Of a DNA stretch of 64,000 nt, positions 35,200 to 47,130 are shown piece after piece. Every line of letters begins with the position of its first letter. Within the stretch, counting starts at the first letter, position 1. Below the pieces are notes generated by a model that ran no database searches, was not told where the DNA came from, and worked only from the letters and a program-made list of their open reading frames with translations. Position numbers and translations under genes: made by a program. The DNA lies in assembly GCA_963575745.1 (NCBI GenBank), contig CAUYUJ010000001.1:2790001-2854000 (forward strand), read 5' to 3'. Source of the DNA: Prorocentrum cordatum. Lineage: Eukaryota.

Positions 35200-35560
35200 G
35201 TGACTTGCCGTCTTTCAGAACAATATTTCGGCATCGATCAGGCCGACAATCTGCGTTTCGAGCTGTCGGGCCACCTGGCTGCTAAGCGTTGAAAGCGCGC
35301 CCCTGAACAGTTCTGCGGGGAAGGCACGGCCAGTGGGATGGGCAAATCCTCTCCCGGGTTTCTCCTCAAACCGCTGCAACAAGTTTCGGATTGTGGGCAA
35401 CCCTTTGCATGTTTTCTCAACGTCAACGTCGGGCTGTCCTGGCCGCAGTCGCGCCGTGAGGACCCTGGCCTCGTCGACAGTGGCATCTGTCCGAAGCGTC
35501 GCGAAGCGCGCCCTGCGCCCCCCCCCCCGCCCCCCTTCCCTCTCGCAGGCGTTGGCCATG
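35200..35560 (-). pseudogene. Possible second non-LTR RT N-terminal (domain 0) relic
   Basis: LQRFEEKPGRGFAHPTGRAFPAELFRGALSTLSSQVARQL resembles the K.GKA.G.DG.PAEL motif. The match is weak. Confidence 0.3.
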
Positions 35561-37109
35561 CAACTTCAACGCTGAGCACTGCGTCTGCGAAGCCTCCGCG
35601 CATCTTGCTGACCAGGCTCTGGCGCAAGGGTGTGCGGAGGCCTGCTCTTGGTTTCGGGGGCTAATCCCCGCGACGTTTGGCCGGTCATTGGCATGGAGCG
35701 CGATGTGCTTGAGGAGGGCTGCCCGGGGGAAGCGGCGCGGGGCGCCTCCGTTCTTCTCGTCGGGGGGCGCGCCTGGGGGGCCCGACTCCAGGAGCGCCCT
35801 CTTCGGGCGCGTCGGCCTCGCCGATGTTTCCATGTTGAACCTCCCTCATCTTGCTATCGGCCATAGCATGTCTGGGCCCCCGTGTGGGCAGGGCGCAGAC
35901 TGTGCTACGTGGGTAATTGGAATCTCTGGAACTGGCCACTGGATTCACTCCGGGGCTTGTCGCTTTCGTCTCCGACAATGTTGGCGTCGTCGACGGCTGG
36001 TGGTCTCAGCGATGCAAGTTTGAGTCGGGGGGGTTCTACGGGATGGAAGGACATTGTGAAGATCATGGATGAACCGGATCGCGTTCCTCATCATACTCTC
36101 TTTCTCCAAGTGTCGTCTCATCTCGAACCTTCAGAATATCTGCGCAGGCGCATCCTCACGGTACTTATCTTGGGCAACCAAGTTGCAGGCGAAGTAGCAT
36201 GTGTAGCAACAGGGCAAGCACGTTTACCGCACGAGGAACGCATTCGGGTTCTGGAGCAGGAAAGCAGGGCCACTCTGGTGAGGAAAACGCTCATGATATC
36301 GATGTTGAGCATGATTGGTCGGTACGCATGAACCTCGGAGGCAATCTTCTTCTCCTCGTGCTGTTCCAACTCCTACTGCAGTTTCCGTCTCTAGCTCTGC
36401 CCACGCCCCAGACGCCGAGGGGCAGAAGTGGCAGAGGTGTTCCTCGTCGGTCAGCAAGGCCGCCAGGACACGGTGGCCCACCTCTTGCTGTATACCCCCT
36501 CATCATATCAATGCGGAGTTGTGCAGGCCCGCCCCAGTGGGAGAAGTCCATGTTGGTGGAGGATGGGTTCATGCCTCTCACAACTTGGCCTTCCAATATG
36601 ATGTTCAGTGTGGTTCTGTCGTGGCTGTGGACGTTTGCTGAGCACGAGCAGAGAGGATTGGTTTCAGGGCGCCTCCCCGCTCAGCTCACCAAAAAAGTAT
36701 GTGAATATTTGAACAGGCTGGCCAGGGGGTTGAGACCCAAGGACCTTGAATGCCAGCCTCTGTGATGAGGCTTCGCTTCTGTTCCGATTCCGATTTTTCC
36801 TCCTCCTCCTCCTCCTCCTCCTCCTCCTCTTCCTCCTCCTCGTCCCTCCAACGCTCGCCCCATGTCCCGAGCTTGTGGCAGGGTCATCAGCTCGTCGTTG
36901 TAACTGTCGTCGTGGTCGTCGTCGTCCTCCTTCTGGGTCGGCAGCACCGGCCGTCAAGCTTTCACAATAAAGAACTGCAAGGTGAATGGACCCCGGCCAC
37001 CGGTTTCACAAAGATTCGTGGGGATTCCTGGGAATTGTCGTGGATATCCGGGGATGGCCCGGGATTCCCCCGGGACTCCCCCAGGGACTCCCCCGGGTAG
37101 CGCAGCTGG

Positions 37110-37665
37110 CCTGAGAGGGCCCCAAGACGGTCCAAGATGGCCCCCGGATCGCCGCACGATCGGTCCAAGACGCCCAACATGGTCTCCGATCGGCCGAAGA
37201 AGCGCCCGAGACGTCGTCCCAAGAGGCCTCCAAGAGCCGTCCCAAGAGGGCTCCGTGAGTCGCGAAACCAAAATCAGCATTTTGCTTGTTTAGGTTGTGC
37301 AATGTTTTTGGGGCCCTCGACTTTTCGAGCTTCCGACGCTCCATGACGGCCCAAGAGGCGCCACGAACCGTCCCAAGAGGCTCCTTAAGAGGGCCCTGGG
37401 ACGGCGCGAGAGAGCTCCAAGACGGCCCCAAAGGCGACCAGGACGGCCCAAGAGGGCCCAAAGACTGCCCCAAAAAGGGCCCAAAAGAGAACACAAACTG
37501 ACAATCCGGGTCTTCCGCTCCAAGAGGCCCCCAGGAGGCCCCAAGGAGGCGCCGAGCCCTCAAGACGCCGCGAGAGCCCCCAAAACGGCTCCCAAGAGGC
37601 CTCCAAACGGCCTCCCAAAGGCCCCCGAGAGGCCCCCCGCGACATTCAAACGAACATCCTAAAGG
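37110..37665 (+). repeat. GGCCCCAAGAG-family dispersed repeat
   Basis: Same 11-mer units and AT-rich core as the other copies. Confidence 0.8.
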
Positions 37666-37719
37666 CCTAGTATAACCCACAACCCAAGCACGCTGGCGGG
37701 ATGGGCCGAAGGACACTCG

Positions 37720-38240
37720 ATATCAGAGGAATCATCAGATAGTCGGACCACAAAAATGAGCCCAACCCTCCACCAAATATCATCCAGGAGTCCTGCAGCT
37801 TGATGGTACAGCATGAGAAACAAAGAGCCCTGCTGGAAAGAGGTCCTCGACCCCCGTGCTGTCCCAAGGATACTGATCTCATCCCGAGGCGATGTCTGAC
37901 GGCCCCGGGGCCTGTGAAGGACACAGGCCAGGGAGCCCACATATGGCAAAACACATACAGGACTCACTCCAAGACCCCTGACTTCCGCTGATGTGAGATT
38001 TTCAATCCGGGGCCCCAAGAGGTCCCGGCCGCTTCCCCAGAGGTAGTTGCCCGCCCCGGATCCATGCCTGATGGTCCCAGAGTCCAGAAGAAGCCCCCGG
38101 GCCAAAATCGAGGAAAAGCGCCCGGAGTGGAAAAAACCATTTCGGTGGAGATCTGGGTCTCTCTTCTTCGTCGCGAGCACACACAGCCCAGCGCACCTGG
38201 GGCCGACAATTCCGCTGCCGCCCACGTGGATGGCCGCCGC
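37720..38240 (-). pseudogene. Possible RNase H relic of a non-LTR retrotransposon
   Basis: HVGGSGIVGPRCAG (compare YTDGSG), RGRQTSPRDEISIL (compare QT..RAEL..L) and RLSD occur in RNase H order. Confidence 0.4.
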
Positions 38241-39579
38241 CCCCCGTTCTTGGGCGCAGCCTTCGGCGGCCTCCTCGCGAGGCGGGGATCAATCCATATC
38301 CACCGCCTGGGAACCGACGTCCTAGAGCCCCAGCGGGCGGCGGATATGGATATAGTTTGGCCCCCAGGGGCCCGAATACATCCATATCCACCGCCTGCCA
38401 AGCTCTCCGAAAATTGATCCTCCAGGCGGTGGTCGTGTATACATTCCTGCCTCGGACTCCTCGCACGCCATCCTCCCGGGCGGAGGGCGGGGCGCGCCGC
38501 GGCCCCCCAGCCGCAGGCCAAAGGGGGGCCCGCGGCCCGGGCCAGGCCCATCTGGCTCGAGCCGAGTGGCTTTGCGGGCTGGTCGGAGCAGGTGGCTCGA
38601 GAGGCGCCCCAGCGCGGCGGTTGACAGTACGGTGGGGGCATTGGTGAAGGAAACCTTCGATAAGGAATCCAGGACAATCGTCGATTGGCCATGGATACCA
38701 CCGCCGCCCTCATCAGAGAAGGAACCCTCCAGGGTCTGCAGCCTCCTGGGCACGTTCCTTAGCGAACGCCCCCACCGTAACGGGCGGCTAAAGAGAATGG
38801 CCGTGGATGGGCCTGCAATCAAGATGCTGGACTACAGACCACGTTGGGCTCTGGAGGGGCTGAGGAATTCGGGTCGTTCCTCGAGTGTGCTTCGACGAAC
38901 ATATTCGACGCCGAGGCTCGCCATGGCCAGAAAAGCCCAGTCGTTCCTCGTTTAAGCGTTCCTCATGACAGCATGGTGACTGTACAAGCTGGTCGAAACA
39001 AGCTGCTCGACTCTTGCCGCAGGGCTGCGGTTCGGGCCGCCCAGATGATGGGCGGCCAGAGCAAGAGGCCGTGGACAATTGAAGCAGGAAGGCTTCATTG
39101 GGCTCAGGGAGTCTTCCAAACTATTCGTATCGTGCTAGTATTAGGTCGGGCATGTCCCCCTTCAGGGGGATTTTGGACGAAAAACAAAAGTATACAAACA
39201 TACCCAAAATTGACAAACATTGTAAAAAAAGATTGCCCCCAGACATTTTTTACTATTGTTGAAGATTCCCACTGTAGAGGGACAGGCCCGACTTAATGCT
39301 AGTACGCTCGACGGGCGGCGTGCATTCCTCCTCCTGCTTCCCCCCCCAGGGGCAGCAGGACCCGCTCAGACCTGCAGACCCCGCTGACACTCTGATCCTC
39401 CTGGTGCTCCTCTTCCGTCCCGTCCCCGGGACTCCCCTGGGCCCCATCCGACCTCCCCAGACTACTGGAAGCTCCCCATCTCCTCTGCACCCCCCGGCTC
39501 ATCGTACCAGGGAGGAGAGTTGGCCAACTCCGCTCAAGGGGGCCGAGGGCGACTTGGGGCAGGAGGAGAGGGACCAGAG

Positions 39580-39641
39580 GGGAAGGACTCGAGTGGGTGG
39601 GGAAGGACTCGAGTGGGTGGGGAAGGACTCGAGTGGGTGGG
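39580..39641. repeat. Three 20-bp tandem repeats, GGGAAGGACTCGAGTGGGTG
   Basis: Directly visible. Confidence 0.9.
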
Positions 39642-41107
39642 AGACGACACGGCATGCGGGGCACAGCAGCTCCCTCCCTCCCTCACTCCCCCCCTCCTCG
39701 CGCTCCTTCTCTCTCTCTCCCCCTTCCTCCCCCTTCCCTCTCTGTGCATCTCCTGCGTTTTCTCGGTTGGGCGCTTGCACGCACCCTCGTTGAGGGCGTC
39801 AAATGCCTGATGCTTGACTTTCTCTTACCTCGTCCACCCAGTCAGGGGCTGGCATCAATGTTATCTTCCTCGTCACCAGCTCCTCCTCCATCTCATCTCT
39901 GGGAATCTGGCCCTGGGGAGTCTCCTGGGGCGCGAGGTCGCAAATGATTCGGACTTTCCGTTGTGCGTTTTGGTCAACGCGCTGGAGGTATGGCCCCTTC
40001 CAATCAAGAATACCCCAATACCTGACTTTGTGCGTGTGCGTGTGTGCGTTTCGTTGGCCACGCTTTCGCGGGAAATCCAGCCGCGGACACGAGAAGCCTT
40101 CCGGAGGCCTAGGCGGGCAAGCGCCGAAGAACCTGCATCATCGATCCTCGACGCTGGACGTTGGAAGCCTGGGCCTCCCCCCTGAAAAAGTCGATCCCCT
40201 GACTCGTCCAAGGTATGCGTCATGGCCTCAGTTTCGGGGCGGATGCGGCCGCGGCGACGACGAGCGCCCCAGGAGGCCCCCGCAAGGCACGAGCGCGCCC
40301 AGAAACCTCGACGTCGTCGTCGTCGTCCTGTTTCACTTAGGCTAGAAGCAACCACAATGTAGCTTACAGTGGAGGCCAGTCCACAGGAAACCTTTCACAA
40401 GAAGCCCAACCCTGAGACCCCAAGACGTCCATGGATCTTTAGTGGGAACGTCACGCGTCCCATGGAAAAAAACATCGAAACCCAAGAACTCCAGGGCACC
40501 CTGGGGCAAGCAAGGTGTTTCTTGGCATGGGCCCCCACTGTATCCGAGAGAAGCGGGCGGCAGCAGCCGACAGGGGAAGAAAAGAGCGGCAGGGGCCGAT
40601 GAGAGCGAGCAACCCAGCGAGGTGTCAGGAGGGCGGGTCCCAAAGAGCGGGGAGCACAGGTGAGCTCCTCCCGTGCTCAGGCCCCGTGGACAGCTGCCAT
40701 CTTCCCTCCTCTTCCCCCCCCCCCTCCCTCCCCGCTCCTCCATCCCCAGACATGCGCATCTTGATTATTTGAATACGGTGCCCTCGGATGTCCCGACCCT
40801 GTCCCGAGACCTGGTTTCCCATCGCGAGCCGTGGAAGAAGTTCCGGTGCTAGGCGAGGTCCCGTGAAGGCCGAATACTACCAAAAACCTCCCGTCGCATT
40901 GTTCCCAAGACGCGAGCATGCATGTCTGACTCATCCTCGCTCCCTCCCTCCAGCTCCCGGCTCTCAGGGCCCGTAAATAAGGACAGTGCTATACGGAGCT
41001 TTGAACATTCCACCTCTGGAGAAAGAGCCACGGATAATGCTTCGACCCGCGGCTGCAGTCTTCCCGGGTGCGCCCAAGTTCTGGTTCACCGAAGTCCCCG
41101 TTCACAG

Positions 41108-41333
41108 AGGCTCCTGGATAGGGTCCGAGTAGATGGGGTCGGAGGATCTCGCCGCATCGCAAATCCACTGGCGACGTCGGTGGTGCATCGGCGACGTCGG
41201 CGTGGAAACAAAATTGGCCCCACATCAAGCCGCATCGCCGATGCATCGCCGATGCATCGCCGATGCATCGCCGATGCATCGGCGATGAGGCGCGATCCGC
41301 CGACCCCATCTACTCCGACCCCATCTGGGAAGC
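41108..41333. mobile_element. MITE with (CGCCGATGCAT)n core, an uninterrupted relative of 21119-22433
   Basis: Ends GGGTCCGAGTAGATGGGGTCGG and CCGACCCCATCTACTCCGACCCC are inverted. An 11-bp tandem core lies at 41236-41286. Confidence 0.75.
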
Positions 41334-41489
41334 CCGGATTTGCCAAAGTCCCCGTTCAGGGAGCCCGGATATCTCGGCAGCGCGCCAGAACTGCGGCGCT
41401 CCTGCAGCGCGCTGGCCTGCGTGGACCTGCCCCCGCAGAACCACTTGAGCATCGTGCTTCCCTCGGCCTGCTGCCACGGGGCCGCCCCT

Positions 41490-43396
41490 TCCCCTCCTTC
41501 CTTCCCTCCATTCACCCCTCCTCCTCCTCCTCATCCTCCTCCTCCTCCTCCTCCGCCTCCTCCTCCTCCTCCTCCTCCTCCTTCTGCTCCTCTTCCTCCT
41601 GCTCCTGCTCCTCCTAATCCCCCTCCTCCTCCTCCTCCTCGTCCTCCTCACCTACTTATTTCCCTCCATCCATCTCTCCTCCTCCTCCTCCTCCTTCTCC
41701 TCCTCATTATCCTCCTCCTCATCCTCCTCCACCTCCTCCTGGTCCTCTTATGATTCGTCTTCTTCTTCCTCCTCCTCCTCCTCGTCCTCCTCTTCTCCCT
41801 CCTGCTCCTCCTCCTCGTCCTGCTCCTGCTTTGACTCCTCTCTCCTGCCTCCTCCTCCTCCTCCTCCTCCTCCTCCTCCTCCTCCTCTTCCTCTTCCCCC
41901 TCCTCCTCCACTCCCTCCACTCCCTCCACTCCTCCTCCTCCTTCCTCCTTTTCCGTCCTCCTCCTCCTCCTTCTCCCCTCCTCCTCCTCCTCCTCCTCCT
42001 CCTCCTCCTCCTCCTCCTCTCCTCCTCTCCTCCTCCTCCTCCTCCCCTCCTTCCTTCCCTCCATCCACCCTTCCTCCTCCACCTCCTCCTCCTCCTGCTC
42101 CTCCTTCGCCTCCTTCCTCCTTTTCCTTATCCTCCTCCTCCTCCTCCTCCTGCTCCTCCCCCTCGTGCTCATGGCCCTCTTCTTCTTAGTATTCGTATTA
42201 TGATGATTCCTCTTCCTCCTCTTCCTCCTCCTCCTCCTCATCCTCCTCCTCTGTTTCTTCCTCCTCCTCCTCCCTTCCCTCGGCCTCCTCCTCCTCCTGC
42301 TGCTCCTCCCCCCCTCTGGTCCTCTTCGTCTTCTTCTTCTTCGGTATCCCATTCTTATTCGTCTTCCTGCTCCCTACTCCTCCTCTCCTCCTCCGCCTCT
42401 TCTCCCTCCCCTCCTCCTCCTCCTCCTCCTCCTCCCCCTCCTCCTCCTCCTCCTCTCCTCCTCCTCCTCAGCCTCCGCTTGCTCTGCTCCTTGCTCTTTC
42501 TCCTCTCATCATCTTCCTCCCCTCCTCCTCATCCTTCCTCCTCCTCCTGCTCTCCTGTTCAGCTGTTTCCTTCCTCTCCTCCTTCCTCCTTTTCCGATCT
42601 CCTCCTCCTCCTCCCCTCCCGCCGTTTCTCCTCCTCATCCTGCTTCCTGCTCCTGTCCTGCTCTTCTCCTCCTCCTCCTCCCTCCTGTTTCCTCTATCCG
42701 CACTTCTCTCCTCCTCCTCCTCCCCTCCTCCTCCTCCTCCTCCGCGTCCTCCTCGTCCTCATCGTCCTCCTCGTCTCCTCGTCTTCCTCATCCTCACTTC
42801 CTCCTCCTCCTATCCTCCTCCTCCTCCTCCTCCTCTCCTACTCCTCCCCTCCTACTACTCCTCCTCCTCTCTCCTCGTCCTCGTCATCCTCCTCCTCCCC
42901 TCCTCCTCATCCTCCTCCTCCTCCTCTCCTTCCTCCTCCTCCTCCTCCTCTCGTCCTCGTCCCGCGTCCTCGTTCCTCGTTCTCCTCCTCCTCCTCTCCT
43001 CCTCCTCCTCCTCCTACTCCTCCTCCTCCTCCTCTCCTCCTCCTCCTCCTCCTCCTCCTCCTCCTCCTCCTCCTCCTCCCCTCCTCCCCTCCTTTTCCCC
43101 CCTATCCACCCTTCCTCCTCCACCTCTCCTCCTCCTCCTCCTCCTCCTCCTCCTCCTCCTGCTCATCTCCTTTCCTCCTCCTTCTCCTTCCTCCTGCCTT
43201 CTCCTCCTCATCCTCCTGCTCCTGCCCTCTTGTCTTAGTATTCGTCTTATTATGTTTCCTCCTCCGCTTCTCTCGTCCTCCTCTCCTCCTCCTCCTGCTC
43301 CTCCTCCTCCTCCACATCCTCCTCCTTCTCCCCCTGTTCCTGCTCCTATGATTCCTTCTCCTGCTCCACCTCCTCCTCCTCCTCCTCATCATCATT

Positions 43397-43430
<34 letters not shown>

Positions 43431-43950
43431 GCAGCAGCATCATCATCATCAGCAGCATCATCATCATCCTCGTTTTCCTCATCAGCTCCTTCCTTCCACC
43501 CACCCTTTCTCCTCCTTTTCCTGTTCCTCCTCTTCCTCCTCCTCCTCCCCTCCTCCTCCTCTTGTTCCTCCTCCTCCTTCTCCTTCCTCCTTTCCTCCTC
43601 CTGCTCAGACCCCCTCCGTTCTTCCCTCCATCCACCCTTCCTCCTGCTCCTCCTCCTCCTCCTCCTCCTCCTCCTCCTCCTCCTCCTCCTCCTCATGCTA
43701 TTCTTCCCCTCTCTCCACCGTTCTTCCTCCTCCTCCTCCTCCTCCTCCTCCGCCTGCCCCTCGTCCTCGGTCCTTCGTCCTCTCCTCCTCCTCCTCCTCC
43801 TCCCTCCGCCTCCCCCGGCTTCCTCCTCCTCCTCCTCCCCCTCCCCCTCCCTCCTCCTCCTACCTCCCTCCTGCTCTCTCCCCCCCCCCCCCCAACCCCC
43901 CCCCCCCCCCCCCCCCCCAACCCTCCATTCTCCTTCCTTCCCTCCCTCCA
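41490..43950. repeat. About 2.4-kb polypyrimidine (CCT)n-derived tract with a (CAT)n island
   Basis: Directly visible. Confidence 0.97.
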
Positions 43951-44549
43951 TCCCAAAAACGCCCCGGGGCAACCGAGTAGGTCCCCACCCCCGTCACCAA
44001 GGCGGAACCCCAGGCGTTGGGGTTATGGCTCCAGGTCCCTAACCACAAAAAACGCCACCTACCAGACACAGCCTTTAATAGGATTTGCCGCGTGGCTTCC
44101 CGCCTCTGGGTGTAAGTTCTATTTATTCGCCAAAAAATATGTAAGGAGGAAAACCAGCAGAAGGAGGGACGGCCCAGCAGGGACGGCCAGGGAGGGAAAG
44201 GAAGATGAAGCTGGGGCGTCGGGCAGGGGGCGGTCGTGGTGGTCGTCCTGGTGGTCGTTGAAATCGGCGTGGTGGTAGTAATCGTAATCGTCGGAATGGT
44301 GGTGGTTGCCGGTGCTGTGGTAGTTGTGGTGGTTGCCGTGGTGCGATCGGGCTGGTGATGGTCGTGGTCGTCGCACTGTCGGTGGTTGTGGTGGTTGTCG
44401 TGCCAGTGCTGGTCGTGGACGTGGTACTCGTGGTCGCGGTGGCCGTCGTGCTGGTGATGGTCGTCGTCGGGGCGCGAATGGAGGCGGCAGTGGTTGTCGT
44501 GTTGGTGGCTGCTGTAATAGGACCCTTACCGTCCCAAGGCGCTGTGAAT

Positions 44550-46345
44550 CATCTTGTTGAAGGGTGCGCGAGATGCCCTGCTAGTTCCGGCCGAGGAGCT
44601 AGGACCGATCGGCGTCCTCCAGGGAGGCGGCGTAGTTCCGCACGAAGCTCACTGCCTCGTCGAGTGGCCGCCCCTCTGGTCTCAAAGACCATCGAGACCA
44701 GGTCGACGCCCTGTACGGGGGGTAGCGGTCGCGAGTCTCGTCGACCATTTGGGCGGCTGCCAGACCGTTTCGTCCGGATCGGGCGTTTGCGTGGGCCGCA
44801 GGTGGTGTGTACGTAGGTCACCGCCCTCTCGATGAGAATAGGTCGGCCGATGCTCGGGTCGTGTGTCTGAATATCCAGCCGTGCCCATTGGAGTACCCCT
44901 TGCGCGTGGATGCCACAAGTCCCAACCAAACAATCGTTGTTCCGTTGGAGCCGCGTGACCCGTGAATCATTGCGCTTAGCCGCGTGGCGGTCACGGAGGC
45001 GGTCGCGCAGAGCGGTGCGAGAGCAGCCTCGCTCTCATCACTTGGGGTCGAAGGGTTCTCCGCGCAACAACCCGTCTTGTCGTCGGCGTTGGAAAATTGA
45101 GTCAACAGGGCAGACCGGCACTCGAAGACGGCATAGGAGGTTCACCTCGAAGAGGTCATCTGGTTGCGAGGGACAATGGGTATCCTGGCTGCCGCGGATA
45201 TAGAAACGCCCACGCACCGACTCCGCCGCACTCCCCGAACGCTACCTCGTCGGCTTATGGGAGCTGCCGCAGCAGTCGTTCTCTGTTTTTCCCAGAGGCT
45301 GTCTTGTTCCACGCGCCCGAGAGCATAGCTTGGGGTTCCAAAAGGTTGCTGGCCCACTCTGTGGGCTGTCCCGTTCTTGGGGTTTGCAACGACTGCTCGG
45401 CTTGTGCGAGCGCCTGGAGGGTCCGCGGGCAAAACGATCGGAATCCCTCCAGCGCGCTCACGTCCCGACACTTCGCCACGTCGCGCAGACAGAGCGCCCA
45501 GCTCGCGGCGTAGGCTGCCAGCGCCGTCTGGGCGGCGGATGGGTTGGCGCACCCTCCGCCCGTGAGGCGCATGGTGGCTTGCAGCCCTGGAGGTCGTCAA
45601 AGTGGTCCCCGCGGAGCAGGTGTTCTAGCGCCGAAAACACCACCGCGTCGAGCGGCTCCACCCAATTGCCTTTCAGGTTGGCTCGAAAGCGGAGGGTAAC
45701 GCGCCCTTGGGCGTAGGTCCGCAACAAGGTAAGGTAGGCCTCGGCGGAGAGTCCAGCTCCTCGGAGGTCTCGTAGACGGCGGGTGGAATCCTGTGCCCGC
45801 TGCGCGGCCTCTGCGCCGTCTGCCCTTGCGCGTGCTCTGACCCGGTCGGCCTGTCGGTCTAACCACGGCGCTGCATTGCCCAAACGCTCCAGGTGGTCGG
45901 CTCTGATACCCCGAATTGCCTTTGGGAGGTCGGCTTCTCGATCGGCTGAACACGCCTGGGTTTTGCTCCGGTTGACCACTAGGCCATGGTTGGAGAGGGC
46001 GGCCACAACCAGCCGTTGTGCCTCTGACGCGTGCCCCCGGGGCGCGAACACCATTTCACTCAGGTAGGAGAACGCCCTGCAGGCCAGCGAGAGCTGCTGG
46101 AATCCGTGGGAGATCTCGCCCAGGCAGTTGGCTATTGCGATCGCGACGAAGGCGGGGGAGAGCGCGCATCCTTGGTCCACGCCGGTGGTGGCTGTGATCG
46201 GCTGGGTCTCGCTGGTGTCGTCCCAGTAGAGGCGCGCAATTGCAGTCCCTAGCCAGCTGTGAGCGGCGCGGAGGAGGCCGGGCGCCCGTGTCCGGAGCCC
46301 ATGAACAATTCGAATGCGAGGGAAGCTGTTGCATGTCGATTCCCT
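44550..46345 (-). mobile_element. 5'-truncated, decayed RLE-type (CRE/R2-like) non-LTR retrotransposon: RT plus restriction-like endonuclease
   Basis: ORF 45458..46369 contains TTGVDQGCALSP (RT domain 4), FSYLSE (mutated YLDD), HGLVVNRSKT (domain 6) and LLRTYAQGRVT. Downstream RH, RLDI and LVSMVFETRG match the RH/R.D/P...ET.G endonuclease motifs. Confidence 0.8.
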
Positions 46346-46749
46346 CCCTCCCTCCCTCTTTCCCTCCATCGCTCCCTCTCAGGGTCTCCAGAATGGCGCG
46401 GGAAGCTGGGGGGGCACCCTGGGCCAGGATCACCTGCATGGAGGAAGCGCGTCCTCAAGGGAAAGGCTCCTGGACCCCAGGGCCCTCCCGAAGGTCCTCA
46501 TCCTCCCCCGCCTCCTCGATGTTTCTATGCCCCTAAGGGGGGGAGCGCCGCCCAGAAGGGCAACACACCCCTCGTCCAATTGAGTCCTCCTCTTCCCCCT
46601 CACTCCATCCCCCATTTCCTCCCCGAACATACCACTCCTCCGCCTCCTCACTCCACCCTCCACCCTCCCCCTCCCCCTGCTGCTCCCCAAGCTCTCGGGC
46701 AGGCCCTCGCGAATTCCTGCCAATGGGTTGCCTCCTCCTTGGGCCTCTC

Positions 46750-47130
46750 CTGCAGTGGCTCCTGTGGAGCTCGAGCAGAACATGTGGCATTCGATGCCAC
46801 CGGCAGGGACGCTGCCCTCAAATCGTAATCAGAGATCTTGCTATAAGAAATCTTGGTGCACCTGATTCGTCGATATCTGAGGGTCCCAGGGAGCTCCAGA
46901 ATTTACATGGCTCCCTGGGATAAGGAATTTCCCATGCACCTGCTGGCAGGTCGATGTCTTCTTGGATGCGCCTGCTGTATGACACACCAAAAACCCCTTG
47001 GAGCCGACCCGAACCACTGGGAGCCAAACGCCAACACACCCTCCATAGCCGTATTCAAGAACGCGCACGCCAATGAGATCGACATCACAACGTGCATGCC
47101 AACCGTGCCGCTGCAACAGGCCTGTCATAC
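46750..47130 (-). pseudogene. Possible APE endonuclease N-terminal relic
   Basis: VDLIGV (compare D.IGVQE), YGGCVGVWL and ARAP (compare AHAP) occur in APE order. Heavily decayed. Confidence 0.3.
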
